From NCBI GenBank assembly GCA_021779915.1, contig JAJXZR010000008.1, forward strand, positions 1 to 58,562: DNA of 58,562 nt. Reading direction: 5' to 3'. The DNA comes from a bacterium. Its GTDB lineage: Bacteria > Patescibacteriota > Minisyncoccia > CAIUEV01. A program made the position numbers and the translations under genes. Below are positions 34,347 through 43,606 of this stretch, piece after piece (positions within the stretch are counted from its first letter, which is position 1; the number at the start of each line of letters is the position of its first letter). Below the pieces are notes generated by a model, which did no database searches, had not been told where the DNA came from, and saw nothing but the letters and a program-made list of their open reading frames with translations.

Positions 34347-35867
34347 ATGAACATCTTAATTTTGCTAGTCGTTTCTCTCGCTGTCGGAGGATCGGGAGGT
34401 TATTTTTTGCAGATGATTTTATCCAAGAGAAGCCAGGAAGGAGCAATGCGCAAAGCTCAAATGATCATAGAAGATGCCAAGCTGGAAGCCAAAGATCTTC
34501 TGCTTAACACCAAAGAAAAAGCTGTCAAAGCCCTTTCGGAAATCAAAAAAGAAGAACAAATCAGGAGAAGACAGTTAGATAAAACTGAAGAAAGAGTGGA
34601 GAGAATGGAACAAAATGTGGCTCAAAAGGAAGCCGAATTAACCAACCGTTTTGATGGATTAAAAAAGAAAATTAAAGAAGTGGAGAAAGCTCGGGAAGAC
34701 ATTTCTAAAATCCGCCAAGACGAATTGGAAAAACTCAAACAAATTACCAAACTTTCTCCCGAGAAAGCCAAGGATTTAATGCTCAAATCAGTCGAAACTG
34801 AATACGCTGAAGACATCAGGGAACAACTGAAAAAATTCGAACAGAAAAATCGAGAAACTCTCGACGAAAAAGCCCGAGAGATTATGACTTCTGCTATTCA
34901 AAGATATGCCGCCGGACACGTGGTAGACCACACCACTTCTATCGTTTCACTTGCCTCCGATGAACTTAAAGGAAGAATTATCGGAAGAGAGGGGCGAAAC
35001 ATCAACACTATCGAAAGACTGACTGGTGCGGAAATTATCGTTGACGATACCCCTCAGGCCATCATAGTCTCGGCTTTTGATCCGATTAGACGGGAAATTG
35101 CCAAGCAAGCTCTGCAAAAACTGATTGAAGATGGACGAATTCATCCCGCTCGCATTGAAGAGACAATCAAGGAAGTGAAACAAGAAATTAACAAAAAAAT
35201 AACCGAGGCGGGAGAGGCTGCCATGTATGAAATGAGCGTTACGGGGCTTGATCCAAGACTCGTAAAATTACTCGGCAGACTCCGCTATCGAACCAGTTAT
35301 GGACAAAATATTTTGCTCCACTCCATCGAAGTGGCTCACCTTTCCGGGGCTCTCGCCGCCGAATTGGGACTCGATATCGCCATTGCCAAAAAGGCCGGTC
35401 TTCTTCACGACATCGGAAAAGCCATTGACCGGGAAGTTCAAGGTACCCACGTGGAAATTGGAATCAATATTCTCAAGAAATTTAATGTTTCTGAGGCAGT
35501 GATTGACGCTATGAAATCACATCATAATGACTATCCATTTGTCAGTCCCGAAGCCACTTTGGTAGCCGCCGCCGACGCCATTTCCGCCGCCCGCCCCGGA
35601 GCCAGAAGAGACAGCGTAGAAAATTACATCAAACGAATAAACGAAATTGAAGAAATCGCCAAATCCTTCCCCGAAGTGGACAAAGCCTACGCCATCCAAG
35701 CCGGAAGAGAAGTCCGCATCTTCGTCTCCCCCGAAAGCGTCAGCGACATCGAATCCGTTAAGCTTGCCCGCAAAGTAGCCGAGAAGATTGAAGGAACATT
35801 GAAATATCCAGGAGAAATCAAGGTTGTGATTATTAGAGAAACAAGAGTAACGGAATATGCGAGATAA
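34347..35867 (+). CDS. rny: Ribonuclease Y
   Basis: N-terminal TM, a long coiled coil, KH domain (GRIIGREGRNI) and HD domain (LLHDIGKA...HH). Confidence 0.9.
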   Translation: MNILILLVVSLAVGGSGGYFLQMILSKRSQEGAMRKAQMIIEDAKLEAKDLLLNTKEKAVKALSEIKKEEQIRRRQLDKTEERVERMEQNVAQKEAELTNRFDGLKKKIKEVEKAREDISKIRQDELEKLKQITKLSPEKAKDLMLKSVETEYAEDIREQLKKFEQKNRETLDEKAREIMTSAIQRYAAGHVVDHTTSIVSLASDELKGRIIGREGRNINTIERLTGAEIIVDDTPQAIIVSAFDPIRREIAKQALQKLIEDGRIHPARIEETIKEVKQEINKKITEAGEAAMYEMSVTGLDPRLVKLLGRLRYRTSYGQNILLHSIEVAHLSGALAAELGLDIAIAKKAGLLHDIGKAIDREVQGTHVEIGINILKKFNVSEAVIDAMKSHHNDYPFVSPEATLVAAADAISAARPGARRDSVENYIKRINEIEEIAKSFPEVDKAYAIQAGREVRIFVSPESVSDIESVKLARKVAEKIEGTLKYPGEIKVVIIRETRVTEYAR

Positions 35868-35872
35868 CCCCC

Positions 35873-35927
35873 GTGTCCCGAGCTCTAAACCATTCGGTAC
35901 AGGATAAACTTGACCCGGGATCCAGGG
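35873..35927. repeat. Solo/rearranged MITE end
   Basis: gtgtcccgagctctaaaccattcggtacaggataaacttgacccgggatccaggg is a canonical end with the 5' half of its hairpin replaced. The inserted accattcggtac palindrome also occurs at 24898-24915. Confidence 0.5.
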
Positions 35928-35977
35928 AAGTAAGATTTAAAATTCCAAGAAACAAATTTAAAACAACACAGTCTAGC

Positions 35978-36152
35978 GTGTCATCCTTGCGACCGCGTGT
36001 CGCCTTAGCTTTAGCGGTGGCACAAAGCGAGGATCCAGGAGAATTTTATTAGTCTAACAAAATGTTCTTTTGTTTAGTTTTTTACAAATATACACTAAAA
36101 TAACATTCTGTGAGACTAACTGGATCCCCGGTCGACACGCCAGGGATGACAC
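35978..36152. mobile_element. MITE-like element copy E (subfamily 2, variant hairpins)
   Basis: The left end gtgtcatccttgcg...(36-nt loop insertion)...cgaggatccaggag. The right end ctggatccccggtcgacacgccagggatgacac. The interior end ttctgtgagactaactgg matches copies C and D. Confidence 0.7.
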
Positions 36153-36169
36153 ACCCTCTTCATCACAAA

Positions 36170-36198
36170 AAAAGCGAAACCAATTGATTTCGCTTTTT
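36170..36198. terminator. Bidirectional terminator between rny and the pilin genes
   Basis: aaaagcgaaa-ccaattga-tttcgctttt, with A and T runs on both sides. Confidence 0.7.
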
Positions 36199-36226
36199 TA
36201 TTTCTAGTTATAAACTGAATCAAGCA

Positions 36227-36736
36227 TTAAGGGCTAACGCAAGAATCCAAGGTATCACAGCGACACCCTTTAGTGCTGTCACAAATAAAATTAGAAGCAC
36301 TTGGATTAGTATAACCAGCAACAGTAAAACTATAGGTAGAATTAACTGAAGTAGCAGTAAAACTTGAAACCCACTTACCAGTCGCATCACAACTGGCAGT
36401 ATTTGTGCCAACAGTTGCAGTATAGGTCAAAGAGTTAGAACAATTAGGAATCTGAGCATATTCCGTTGATCTTGCAACTGGATTTGTGTCTGAACAAGCG
36501 ATACTCAAATAAGCCCCACCAGCAGTTAAAGTACCCATTACAGTTCTACACCCATCAGCTGCTGCTTGTTCTATAGCACTTGTAAAGGAATTAGCATCCG
36601 CTTTCGCCTTCGCTCCAGCCGCTTTTTTTCTCCCTCCTGAAACACTCACCACCACAATCGTAGCAAGGATTCCAATAATCAGCACAACTACCAACATTTC
36701 AATAAGGGTAAACCCTTTTCCGCTTTTAGTCTTCAT
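36227..36736 (-). CDS. Type IV pilin / pseudopilin (N-terminal methylation motif)
   Basis: MKTKSGKG|FTLIEMLVVVLIIGILA is a class III signal peptide. C-terminal Cys residues are present. Confidence 0.8.
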   Translation of the reverse strand: MKTKSGKGFTLIEMLVVVLIIGILATIVVVSVSGGRKKAAGAKAKADANSFTSAIEQAAADGCRTVMGTLTAGGAYLSIACSDTNPVARSTEYAQIPNCSNSLTYTATVGTNTASCDATGKWVSSFTATSVNSTYSFTVAGYTNPSASNFICDSTKGCRCDTLDSCVSP

Positions 36737-36770
36737 TTTTATATTTTAAAAATATCAACGATCGGTGAGT

Positions 36771-37310
36771 TTAGAAACTATCACAATCTCCTGCTGTCCC
36801 TGAAGAACAAACGCATCCCGAATTAGTACACGTATATGTCGCAGAATTCTTGAGACCGGAAACCTGCAAAGTATAATTGATTGTCGTGCTTGTGTTAGGA
36901 CAAGTACCTGAAGCAGTCCAGCTAGAGGTGGTTCCTGTATTGATACAAGTCCCTACTGTAAGGCTGTATCCGCCGATAGTTGGGAGCTGAATGGTTGCAT
37001 AATTAACACCGCCACAGGAAAGAACAGTCCCATTTCCTGAGTTTGTGAAAGTAAAATTTGTACAACCCTCAATAGAATTAGCTTTCTCTATCGAGTCCTT
37101 CATTTGACCCATGTCAGCCTTTGCCCTCGCAGCATTAGCTTTTTGTCTAGCACCCGCCACTGAATAAATAACTATCGCAGCTAAAATTCCAATAATAACG
37201 ATAACAACCAACATTTCGATAAGGGTAAAACCTTTACTCGTTTTCTTTTTTTTTATTTTAGGTTTTACCTTACTACAACAACCACACTTTTTACTAGTTT
37301 TTACACCCAT
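36771..37310 (-). CDS. Type IV pilin / pseudopilin with unusually long Lys/Cys-rich leader
   Basis: MGVKTSKKCGCCSKVKPKIKKKKTSKG|FTLIEMLVVIVIIGILA. The ATG at 37310 is the only canonical in-frame start upstream of the G|F cleavage motif. Confidence 0.75.
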   Translation of the reverse strand: MGVKTSKKCGCCSKVKPKIKKKKTSKGFTLIEMLVVIVIIGILAAIVIYSVAGARQKANAARAKADMGQMKDSIEKANSIEGCTNFTFTNSGNGTVLSCGGVNYATIQLPTIGGYSLTVGTCINTGTTSSWTASGTCPNTSTTINYTLQVSGLKNSATYTCTNSGCVCSSGTAGDCDSF

Positions 37311-37427
37311 TTGATTTTGTTATTTATTAAATGGTTTTTTATTTTAACTGCAACAACACTTGAATTAATTATCTTTTTATAATTTAATTTGTCAAATTTA
37401 TTAAATTTAGTGGTTTAATTAAAAAAC

Positions 37428-37458
37428 AAAAACCGCACTTACGCACGGTTTTTGTTTT
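37428..37458 (-). terminator. Terminator immediately after the 135-aa pilin gene
   Basis: Minus strand aaaaaccgtgc-gtaa-gtgcggttttt followed by a T-run. An internal operon terminator after a pilin gene is the usual signature of the major pilin. Confidence 0.55.
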
Positions 37459-37518
37459 TTTGTACTCCTAAAATTTGATATGTCTTATAAGACTTATACG
37501 ACTTACATTTAGAAGGAG

Positions 37519-37926
37519 TTATGGGCAGACAGTGGCTGTACCAATCGTGGCAGCTTCCGCCTTGGAAGCCCCCGTAGAATCGACACACCAATAACCTGCT
37601 CCGGCACCTACCAAGGCAGCTTCAGCCGCCCAAGCAGATGCTGAATCATTACAAGCAAAAGCTGTTCCACCTGAACTTGTCACCCCAGTTGAAATTTTAG
37701 CGGCTTCCGCATCACTACACCAACCGGTATATGTTTGACCATTATCTTCGCTGAACATTTCACCGGCGGATCTGAGCTGAGCCATCTGAGCTTTAACGGC
37801 TCCATTTTTTCCTTTATTTCTTGCAGTATTCAATGAAACCATAACAATTGCCGCCAAAATTCCAATAATGGCAACAACTACCAAAAGCTCCATCAGGGTA
37901 AAACCATTTTTATTCTTATATTTCAT
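37519..37926 (-). CDS. Type IV pilin, probable major pilin
   Basis: MKYKNKNG|FTLMELLVVVAIIGILAAI. Small (135 aa), first pilin gene after pilC, followed by its own terminator. C-terminal Cys pair. Confidence 0.8.
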   Translation of the reverse strand: MKYKNKNGFTLMELLVVVAIIGILAAIVMVSLNTARNKGKNGAVKAQMAQLRSAGEMFSEDNGQTYTGWCSDAEAAKISTGVTSSGGTAFACNDSASAWAAEAALVGAGAGYWCVDSTGASKAEAATIGTATVCP

Positions 37927-37985
37927 TTCCCCACCTCCTTTCTCGTTTTTCCATCATTTTTATTTTAATATTATGATGTCCAAAA

Positions 37986-38105
37986 TTAGTTAAAAGTTGA
38001 AAGTGAAAAGTGAAAAGTTGAGGAATCGCCAAAGGCGATAGTCAATTAAAATCGCCTTTGGCGACACCAAGGACTTTCTACTTTTTACTTTTAACTTTCA
38101 ACTAG
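37986..38105. repeat. Intergenic foldback palindrome with double-hairpin core
   Basis: Arms (aaaagttgaaagtgaaaagtgaaaagtt / actttctactttttacttttaactttcaac) flank the core aggaatcgccaaaggcgatagtcaattaaaatcgcctttggcgacacc (38021-38068). Confidence 0.75.
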
Positions 38106-38106
38106 T

Positions 38107-39294
38107 TCATATCGCTCCCGCCATATTATAAATCGGCATAATAACCGACGCAACAATCACCGCAGTTCCCACGCCCAAGAGTAATATCATAACCGGCTCA
38201 ATCAAGGTCATCATGTTCTGGGTCATATTGTCCACTTCCCTGCCATAATACTCTGCGATTTTATTCAATGTATCAACGGTCTTGCCCGATTCTTCACCGA
38301 CTCTTAGTATCTGAGAAACTACATTGGGGAAATATGGACTTTTTTCCAGTACCCCGCTAATCATTTTCCCTTTTTGCACTTCTTTTACACATTCCGAAAG
38401 AACGTTGTAATAAACATAGTTACCCATTATTTTTCCGGTTATTTCCAGAGACTGAGTAATTGGGACGCTCTCCCCCAAGAGCATCCCTAAATTTTCCGCA
38501 AATCGGTTCATATACATATATTGGAGGAGACTTCCCGAAATCGGAATTTTTATTTTAATAAAATCCCATTGCTTTTTTCCTTCCTCGGTATGGGTATAAT
38601 AGAAAGCGCCAAGAGCAATCAATACCACAACGAACAAAACAAGATACCAATAACCGACAAAAAAACCGCTAACCGCCATTACAAGTTTTGTCGTCCAGGG
38701 CAATTTTACACCCGACTCTGATAAAGTTTTTGTAAGGGTTGGCATCACGAAAATCATGAGAAAAACAAAAACTCCAGCGAAACTCAAAGATATTATCAAA
38801 GGATACATAAGCGCTCCCATGATTTTTCTTTTAAGTTCAAACTGTTTTTCCCGATAGCTTGCCAGATAGTTTAAAACACGCTCCAGTCTTCCAGAAGCTT
38901 CCCCCGCTCTTATGACGTTTATATATAAAGGGGAAAATTCTTTTGGAAACGATTCCAAAGCTTCCGATAAGGACTTTCCTTCTTCTATTTTTTTGCAAAC
39001 TCTTGTAATTAAAGACACTACTCCGACGGTATAATTTTGATTTTTCATTGTGGAAAGAGCTCTGATAAGCGGGACTCTTGCTTCAACTAAAATAGAAAGC
39101 TCTCGAAGTAAAGTTACAATTTCCTTTTCTTTGGGACGATTAAACAGGTCTTCAATTTTTTGAGTAAAATTAGATTCTCCGCTTTCTGAAAGAAACTCAG
39201 GTTTATCCTCTTTTCTCACGGGAAAACTGCCAGGTATTTTTAACTTGGAATCTATAATCCCGCCATTACTTTCTAAATTTGAGTACGGAGCCAT
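38107..39294 (-). CDS. pilC: Type IV pilus platform protein PilC (GspF family)
   Basis: Two GspF repeats, three TM segments, and conserved ...L..G..L..AL....FP..........GE.SG.L... in both halves. Confidence 0.9.
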   Translation of the reverse strand: MAPYSNLESNGGIIDSKLKIPGSFPVRKEDKPEFLSESGESNFTQKIEDLFNRPKEKEIVTLLRELSILVEARVPLIRALSTMKNQNYTVGVVSLITRVCKKIEEGKSLSEALESFPKEFSPLYINVIRAGEASGRLERVLNYLASYREKQFELKRKIMGALMYPLIISLSFAGVFVFLMIFVMPTLTKTLSESGVKLPWTTKLVMAVSGFFVGYWYLVLFVVVLIALGAFYYTHTEEGKKQWDFIKIKIPISGSLLQYMYMNRFAENLGMLLGESVPITQSLEITGKIMGNYVYYNVLSECVKEVQKGKMISGVLEKSPYFPNVVSQILRVGEESGKTVDTLNKIAEYYGREVDNMTQNMMTLIEPVMILLLGVGTAVIVASVIMPIYNMAGAI

Positions 39295-39337
39295 ATAAAA
39301 ATATTCTTAAAAAATGCCTTGGTTGAATTCTATAAAC

Positions 39338-40414
39338 TTAACGCAAAAGAATATGTAAAGTCTGTTTATCGCTTGAATATGCCTCGGCATGCTCCAAAGT
39401 GATTTGCTCGGCCTTTACCAGATTGGCAAGTGAGCGATTAATCGACACCATTCCATCCTCAAGAGAAGTATCTAAAACATTAACGATTTGATGTATTTGA
39501 CCTTCTCTTATCAAATTTGAAACGGCATCATTATTTAGAAGAACTTCTACAGCTGGAACTCTTCCTCCTCCAATCCGAGGAACCAACCTTTGAGAAACAA
39601 CTGCCACTAAAATACTCGCTAACTGGGATCTTATCTGGTTTTGTTGCGCCGCCGGAAAAATATCTATGATTCTATCAATTGTCTGCGCCGAATCATTTGT
39701 ATGCAATGTTGCCATAACAAGGTGTCCCGTTTCCGCCGCAGTAATAGTTGTGGCAATCGTATCTTGATCTCTCATCTCACCAACAAGGAGAACATCGACA
39801 TCTTCCCGAAAAGCTGCCCGAAGACCATCAGAAAAGGAATTAACATCTCTATAAACCTCTCTTTGATTGATAATACATCGATCTTGTTGATACATATACT
39901 CAATTGGGTCTTCAATAGTGATGATATGCTCCGACCTCGTGTGGTTTATTTCATCGACCATCGCAGCAAGGCTAGTCGATTTTCCGGCCCCTGTAGGACC
40001 CACGAGCAATATTAAACCTTGAGTGCTTCGCAAAGACTGATGTAAAATTGAAGGCAAACCCAATTCTTCAATTGTCCTAATCTTGTATGGGATTAGGCGC
40101 AAGGCCGCTCCCAGATTACCAGTTTCATAAAAAACATTAACTCTGAATCGGACTCTTCCTTCCAGCTCATACGTAAAATCTATTTGACGATTTTTCTCAA
40201 GATTTTTAAATTGTTCTTCGTTAAGAAGTGCATTACAAAGGTCAAAAGCATCTTTTGTCGTTAAGATGCTATCACTTGTAAGCGGAATAAGATCGCCATC
40301 GATACGAATTGTAGGGTAACGAGCCACTGACAAATGAAGATCTGAAGCTCCTTGCTGAACGACGATCTCCATAAGTCTTTTTAGTCTTTGTTCTGCCCTG
40401 ATTATACTCGTCAT
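39338..40414 (-). CDS. pilT: Twitching-motility retraction ATPase PilT
   Basis: 358 aa with no N-terminal GSPII domain. Walker A GPTGAGKST, Asp box, Walker B VLLVGEMRD, His box ATLHTNDSAQTIDRII. Confidence 0.9.
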   Translation of the reverse strand: MTSIIRAEQRLKRLMEIVVQQGASDLHLSVARYPTIRIDGDLIPLTSDSILTTKDAFDLCNALLNEEQFKNLEKNRQIDFTYELEGRVRFRVNVFYETGNLGAALRLIPYKIRTIEELGLPSILHQSLRSTQGLILLVGPTGAGKSTSLAAMVDEINHTRSEHIITIEDPIEYMYQQDRCIINQREVYRDVNSFSDGLRAAFREDVDVLLVGEMRDQDTIATTITAAETGHLVMATLHTNDSAQTIDRIIDIFPAAQQNQIRSQLASILVAVVSQRLVPRIGGGRVPAVEVLLNNDAVSNLIREGQIHQIVNVLDTSLEDGMVSINRSLANLVKAEQITLEHAEAYSSDKQTLHILLR

Positions 40415-40488
40415 TTTGGATATTTATATTAATTTTTGTTAATCCTACTACGAAAAATTATCCTGAGTCCCTTTCGCTAACTTCGTTG

Positions 40489-40875
40489 TTATTTTCTGTC
40501 TTTTAGAATTTTATTAACTGTTCTTATCACTTCGGAGGGAGTAAATTTTGTCTTGACAATATAATCCACTGCGCCCAGATTCAGTCCTTTTTGGATATCA
40601 TTTTTCTGGCTTAAATTTGTAAGTATGACCACTGGAACTTTGTTCAAAGTAGGAACCATTTTTATTCTTTCCAAAACCTTAAAACCATCTAGATTCGGCA
40701 TTAAAATATCTAAAAGCACAATATCATATTTTTTCTTCTGAATTTTTTCGAGCCCCACAACACCGTCATTTGCCGTATCCACGGAGTATCCCTCACTTTC
40801 TAACTTAAGAACATAAACGTCCGATATAAAAGGATCATCCTCGATAATTAGTACTGTTTTATTGTTATTTTTCAT
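40489..40875 (-). CDS. Single-domain response regulator (CheY-like receiver)
   Basis: IIEDD, phospho-acceptor context VLLDILMP, LTNL, and conserved Lys in YIVKT. Confidence 0.85.
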   Translation of the reverse strand: MKNNNKTVLIIEDDPFISDVYVLKLESEGYSVDTANDGVVGLEKIQKKKYDIVLLDILMPNLDGFKVLERIKMVPTLNKVPVVILTNLSQKNDIQKGLNLGAVDYIVKTKFTPSEVIRTVNKILKDRK

Positions 40876-40884
40876 AGCAAATTA

Positions 40885-40958
40885 GTTTATCAAGTTATAA
40901 AGTTTATAAAGTTTATCAAGTAAAAATTTTGATGAACTTGATGAACTTGATGAACTCA
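40885..40958. repeat. Intergenic foldback palindrome (words TTATCAAGTT / TTCATCAAGTT)
   Basis: tttatcaagttataaagtttataaagtttatcaagt faces ttgatgaacttgatgaacttgatgaactcat. Confidence 0.6.
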
Positions 40959-42602
40959 TCACACAATTTGTTCTTCTTCTGCTTTTTTATCATCAAGGGT
41001 ATTAGCTTCTACTGTATTAGCAGTCGCTCTTTCAAGCTCTTCCATCGTCGTCTGACCCTTGAGAACCTTGAGAATCCCATCTTCTCTCATAGTAATACTT
41101 CCTTGCTCATAAAATTCTTTCCAAAGCGTATCCCCTGAAAGTTCTCCTTCTTCTATTACTTTTCTCAGCCTATCAGTAATTTTTATTATTTCAAAAACAG
41201 CGACTCTCCCCTTCATTCCTGTTCTCGAACAATACTCGCATCCCCTGCCTCTATACATGGAAAGATTATTCTCATCGATTTCCATATCTTTTTTATACTC
41301 GGCAGGAATTCTCGATAGAATAGACTTCATCACTTCTTCGACTCTTTTGCCCGGTCTTACTTCTTCCTTACAATGATCACAAATTCTCCTTACAAGACGT
41401 TGAGCAATTATCATACGAAGACTGGAAGAAAGAAGAAATGGTTCTACTTTCATATCAACTAAGCGGGGAATTGCTCCAACAGAATTATTTGTGTGTAAAG
41501 TGGAAAGAACTAAATGACCGGTAAGAGCCGCATGCACTGTTAGTTCAGCTGTTTCCTCATCTCGAATTTCCCCTACCATAATCACATCCGGGTCTTGTCT
41601 TAATATCGATCGCAGTCCAGTCGCAAAAGTAAAGTTTATTTCTGGGTAAATCTGACTTTGATTAATTCCCGCTATTCTATACTCTACAGGATCTTCAAGT
41701 GTAACAATATTCCTCTCCTCTCTATCCAACATCGAAAGCCCTGTATACAAGGTGGTAGACTTTCCCGATCCAGTAGGTCCAGTTATGAGAATTAAACCAA
41801 ATGGTTCCTGAATTTCTTGCTCAAAAATTTCTCTAGATTTTCCCCATAATCCCAACCCCTCTAAATCTATTTTGCTCTTGTTTTCATCTAAAACTCTCAT
41901 TACAATTTTTTCTCCTTCTGCGACCGGAAGTGTTGAAACACGAAGATCTATATTTCTACCCTTATAAGAAATTTTGAACCTTCCATCCTGTGGTTTTCTT
42001 TTTTCATCAATTTTAAGATTAGACAAGATTTTAATTCTTGAAACAATAGAAGGCCCCACGTCTTTTGGAAGAAAAAGACTGGAGTGGAGGACTCCATCGA
42101 CCCTAAAACGCACTTTTACTTCTTTCTCCTCCGGTTCAATATGGATATCACTCGCTTCTCCTTCAATAGCATTTTCAACAATAACCTCTACGATTTTCGC
42201 AACTGGAGCCGACTCAACCAATTCTCCAATTTTTTTCTCTTGGACAATCTGCTCTTTTTTCTTTTCTTCTTTGACTTTTTCTTCTTCAATATCCTTCAAC
42301 GCCTCACCTATTGTTTCTTTCACGATGTCATAGTTCTTCAGCATCCTTCGAAAATCAATTTCGCTTATAGCATAAACTTCTGCCTGCAAATTGTTTCTAT
42401 TCAAAATAAAACGAAGCGCGTCTTGAGATTCGATATTATTAGGATCAACCATCCCAACCTTCAATATTTTTTCATTTTTTTCAATAATAGCCATCTTATA
42501 CCTATCGGCTGCTTCCCTTGGCAGGATCTTAACAAAATCCTCGCTGACTTTAGCACCGTCCTGTATGTCTAATTTGGAACTTACATTTCTTGTTTCATTC
42601 AT
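40959..42602 (-). CDS. pilB: Type IV pilus assembly ATPase PilB (GspE family)
   Basis: N-terminal GSPII_E_N-like domain. Walker A GPTGSGKST, Walker B VIMVGEIRD, His box STLHTN, and tetracysteine CDHC...CEYC. Confidence 0.9.
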   Translation of the reverse strand: MNETRNVSSKLDIQDGAKVSEDFVKILPREAADRYKMAIIEKNEKILKVGMVDPNNIESQDALRFILNRNNLQAEVYAISEIDFRRMLKNYDIVKETIGEALKDIEEEKVKEEKKKEQIVQEKKIGELVESAPVAKIVEVIVENAIEGEASDIHIEPEEKEVKVRFRVDGVLHSSLFLPKDVGPSIVSRIKILSNLKIDEKRKPQDGRFKISYKGRNIDLRVSTLPVAEGEKIVMRVLDENKSKIDLEGLGLWGKSREIFEQEIQEPFGLILITGPTGSGKSTTLYTGLSMLDREERNIVTLEDPVEYRIAGINQSQIYPEINFTFATGLRSILRQDPDVIMVGEIRDEETAELTVHAALTGHLVLSTLHTNNSVGAIPRLVDMKVEPFLLSSSLRMIIAQRLVRRICDHCKEEVRPGKRVEEVMKSILSRIPAEYKKDMEIDENNLSMYRGRGCEYCSRTGMKGRVAVFEIIKITDRLRKVIEEGELSGDTLWKEFYEQGSITMREDGILKVLKGQTTMEELERATANTVEANTLDDKKAEEEQIV

Positions 42603-42625
42603 AGATTCTTCTTCTTTAAAATTTT

Positions 42626-42931
42626 TTAGGGAATACCAAAAGGTAACGAGTTACCTTTCTTTCCAACATTGAGAGGTAAACCCCCTTTTTCGGTCAGCTC
42701 TTTCTTTATATAATTAAAAATATCCTCAGAGTAAACTGGAGGAATGGTTAAATTTTTAGCATCCGCTATAAAACTGATTGACTGTCCCCTTGAGTCAGTA
42801 CCGCTTTTGGGAGCTAGATTCACACCAACAAGAGATGCAATATCCTGCCAAGTATAAAAAACCACTAACCCAACGAAAAGGACTATTGCAACAATCAAAG
42901 ATAGTTTTACTGTAGATTGTGATAATTTCAT
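42626..42931 (-). CDS. Small TM-anchored protein in the pilus operon (PilP position)
   Basis: One N-terminal TM (LSLIVAIVLFVGLVVF). No recognisable motif. Assignment is by position only. Confidence 0.35.
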   Translation of the reverse strand: MKLSQSTVKLSLIVAIVLFVGLVVFYTWQDIASLVGVNLAPKSGTDSRGQSISFIADAKNLTIPPVYSEDIFNYIKKELTEKGGLPLNVGKKGNSLPFGIP

Positions 42932-42953
42932 TATTTAAAATTATTTGGTAATA

Positions 42954-43571
42954 CTATTCTTTTTTTTCTAATCCTGCTTTTACGATTTCTGGAGAGATAA
43001 ACGGTTGCCAATAAAAATCAAAGTCAACCAAATATTTGCCGATGGTAGTTTGAGTTGTATCGTTAGAATTAACTATGGATACATTTTTAATATTGGTGAT
43101 CCTATCCAATTTATTCATATCTTTTATAAATTGTTTTAGTTTTCCATATCCCCCAGCAATCTGAACACTGCCACTAATTACAGTATAGGCTTTTCCTCCG
43201 CTTTGAACCAATCCTAAAGTGCTCTGATCTAAAGAACTATTATTGCCTTCATCCGCTTTAAAATCTTCAATTACAAGACCGTTATTTTTCGCAAGAGTAT
43301 CCAACTGGACAAGGGTATTTTTTATTTCTTTTTCTTCCGGAATCGTTTTTTTAATAGTTTCTCCCATTCCACCGTCTGCCGATCCTTCTTCATAAAGTTT
43401 TTCTGTTCTTTGTTGCAAGTCTTTTTCTTGTCCTAAAACTGAGCTGAGTTCCGGGATTTTTTTATTCCGAAGCATCATCCCATCTTCAAAAAGAGGTTTT
43501 GTAAATTGCCAAGTAACAAAAAATGAAAACATTAAAAGAATCGGTAAAATTAGAACTTTTATGTTGGCCAT
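42954..43571 (-). CDS. pilO: PilO-like pilus assembly protein
   Basis: N-terminal TM, coiled coil, then an alpha/beta domain. Located downstream of PilM and PilN. Assignment by architecture and position. Confidence 0.5.
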   Translation of the reverse strand: MANIKVLILPILLMFSFFVTWQFTKPLFEDGMMLRNKKIPELSSVLGQEKDLQQRTEKLYEEGSADGGMGETIKKTIPEEKEIKNTLVQLDTLAKNNGLVIEDFKADEGNNSSLDQSTLGLVQSGGKAYTVISGSVQIAGGYGKLKQFIKDMNKLDRITNIKNVSIVNSNDTTQTTIGKYLVDFDFYWQPFISPEIVKAGLEKKE

Positions 43572-43606
43572 TTTTATAATAACGTTAAAATTTAATGTGG
43601 ATCATC

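Noticed and set aside
34280-34507. A 75-aa ORF overlapping the start of rny in another frame.
   Set aside because: The RNase Y frame has a canonical N-terminal TM and continues for 506 aa with KH and HD motifs. The overlapping ORF has no support.
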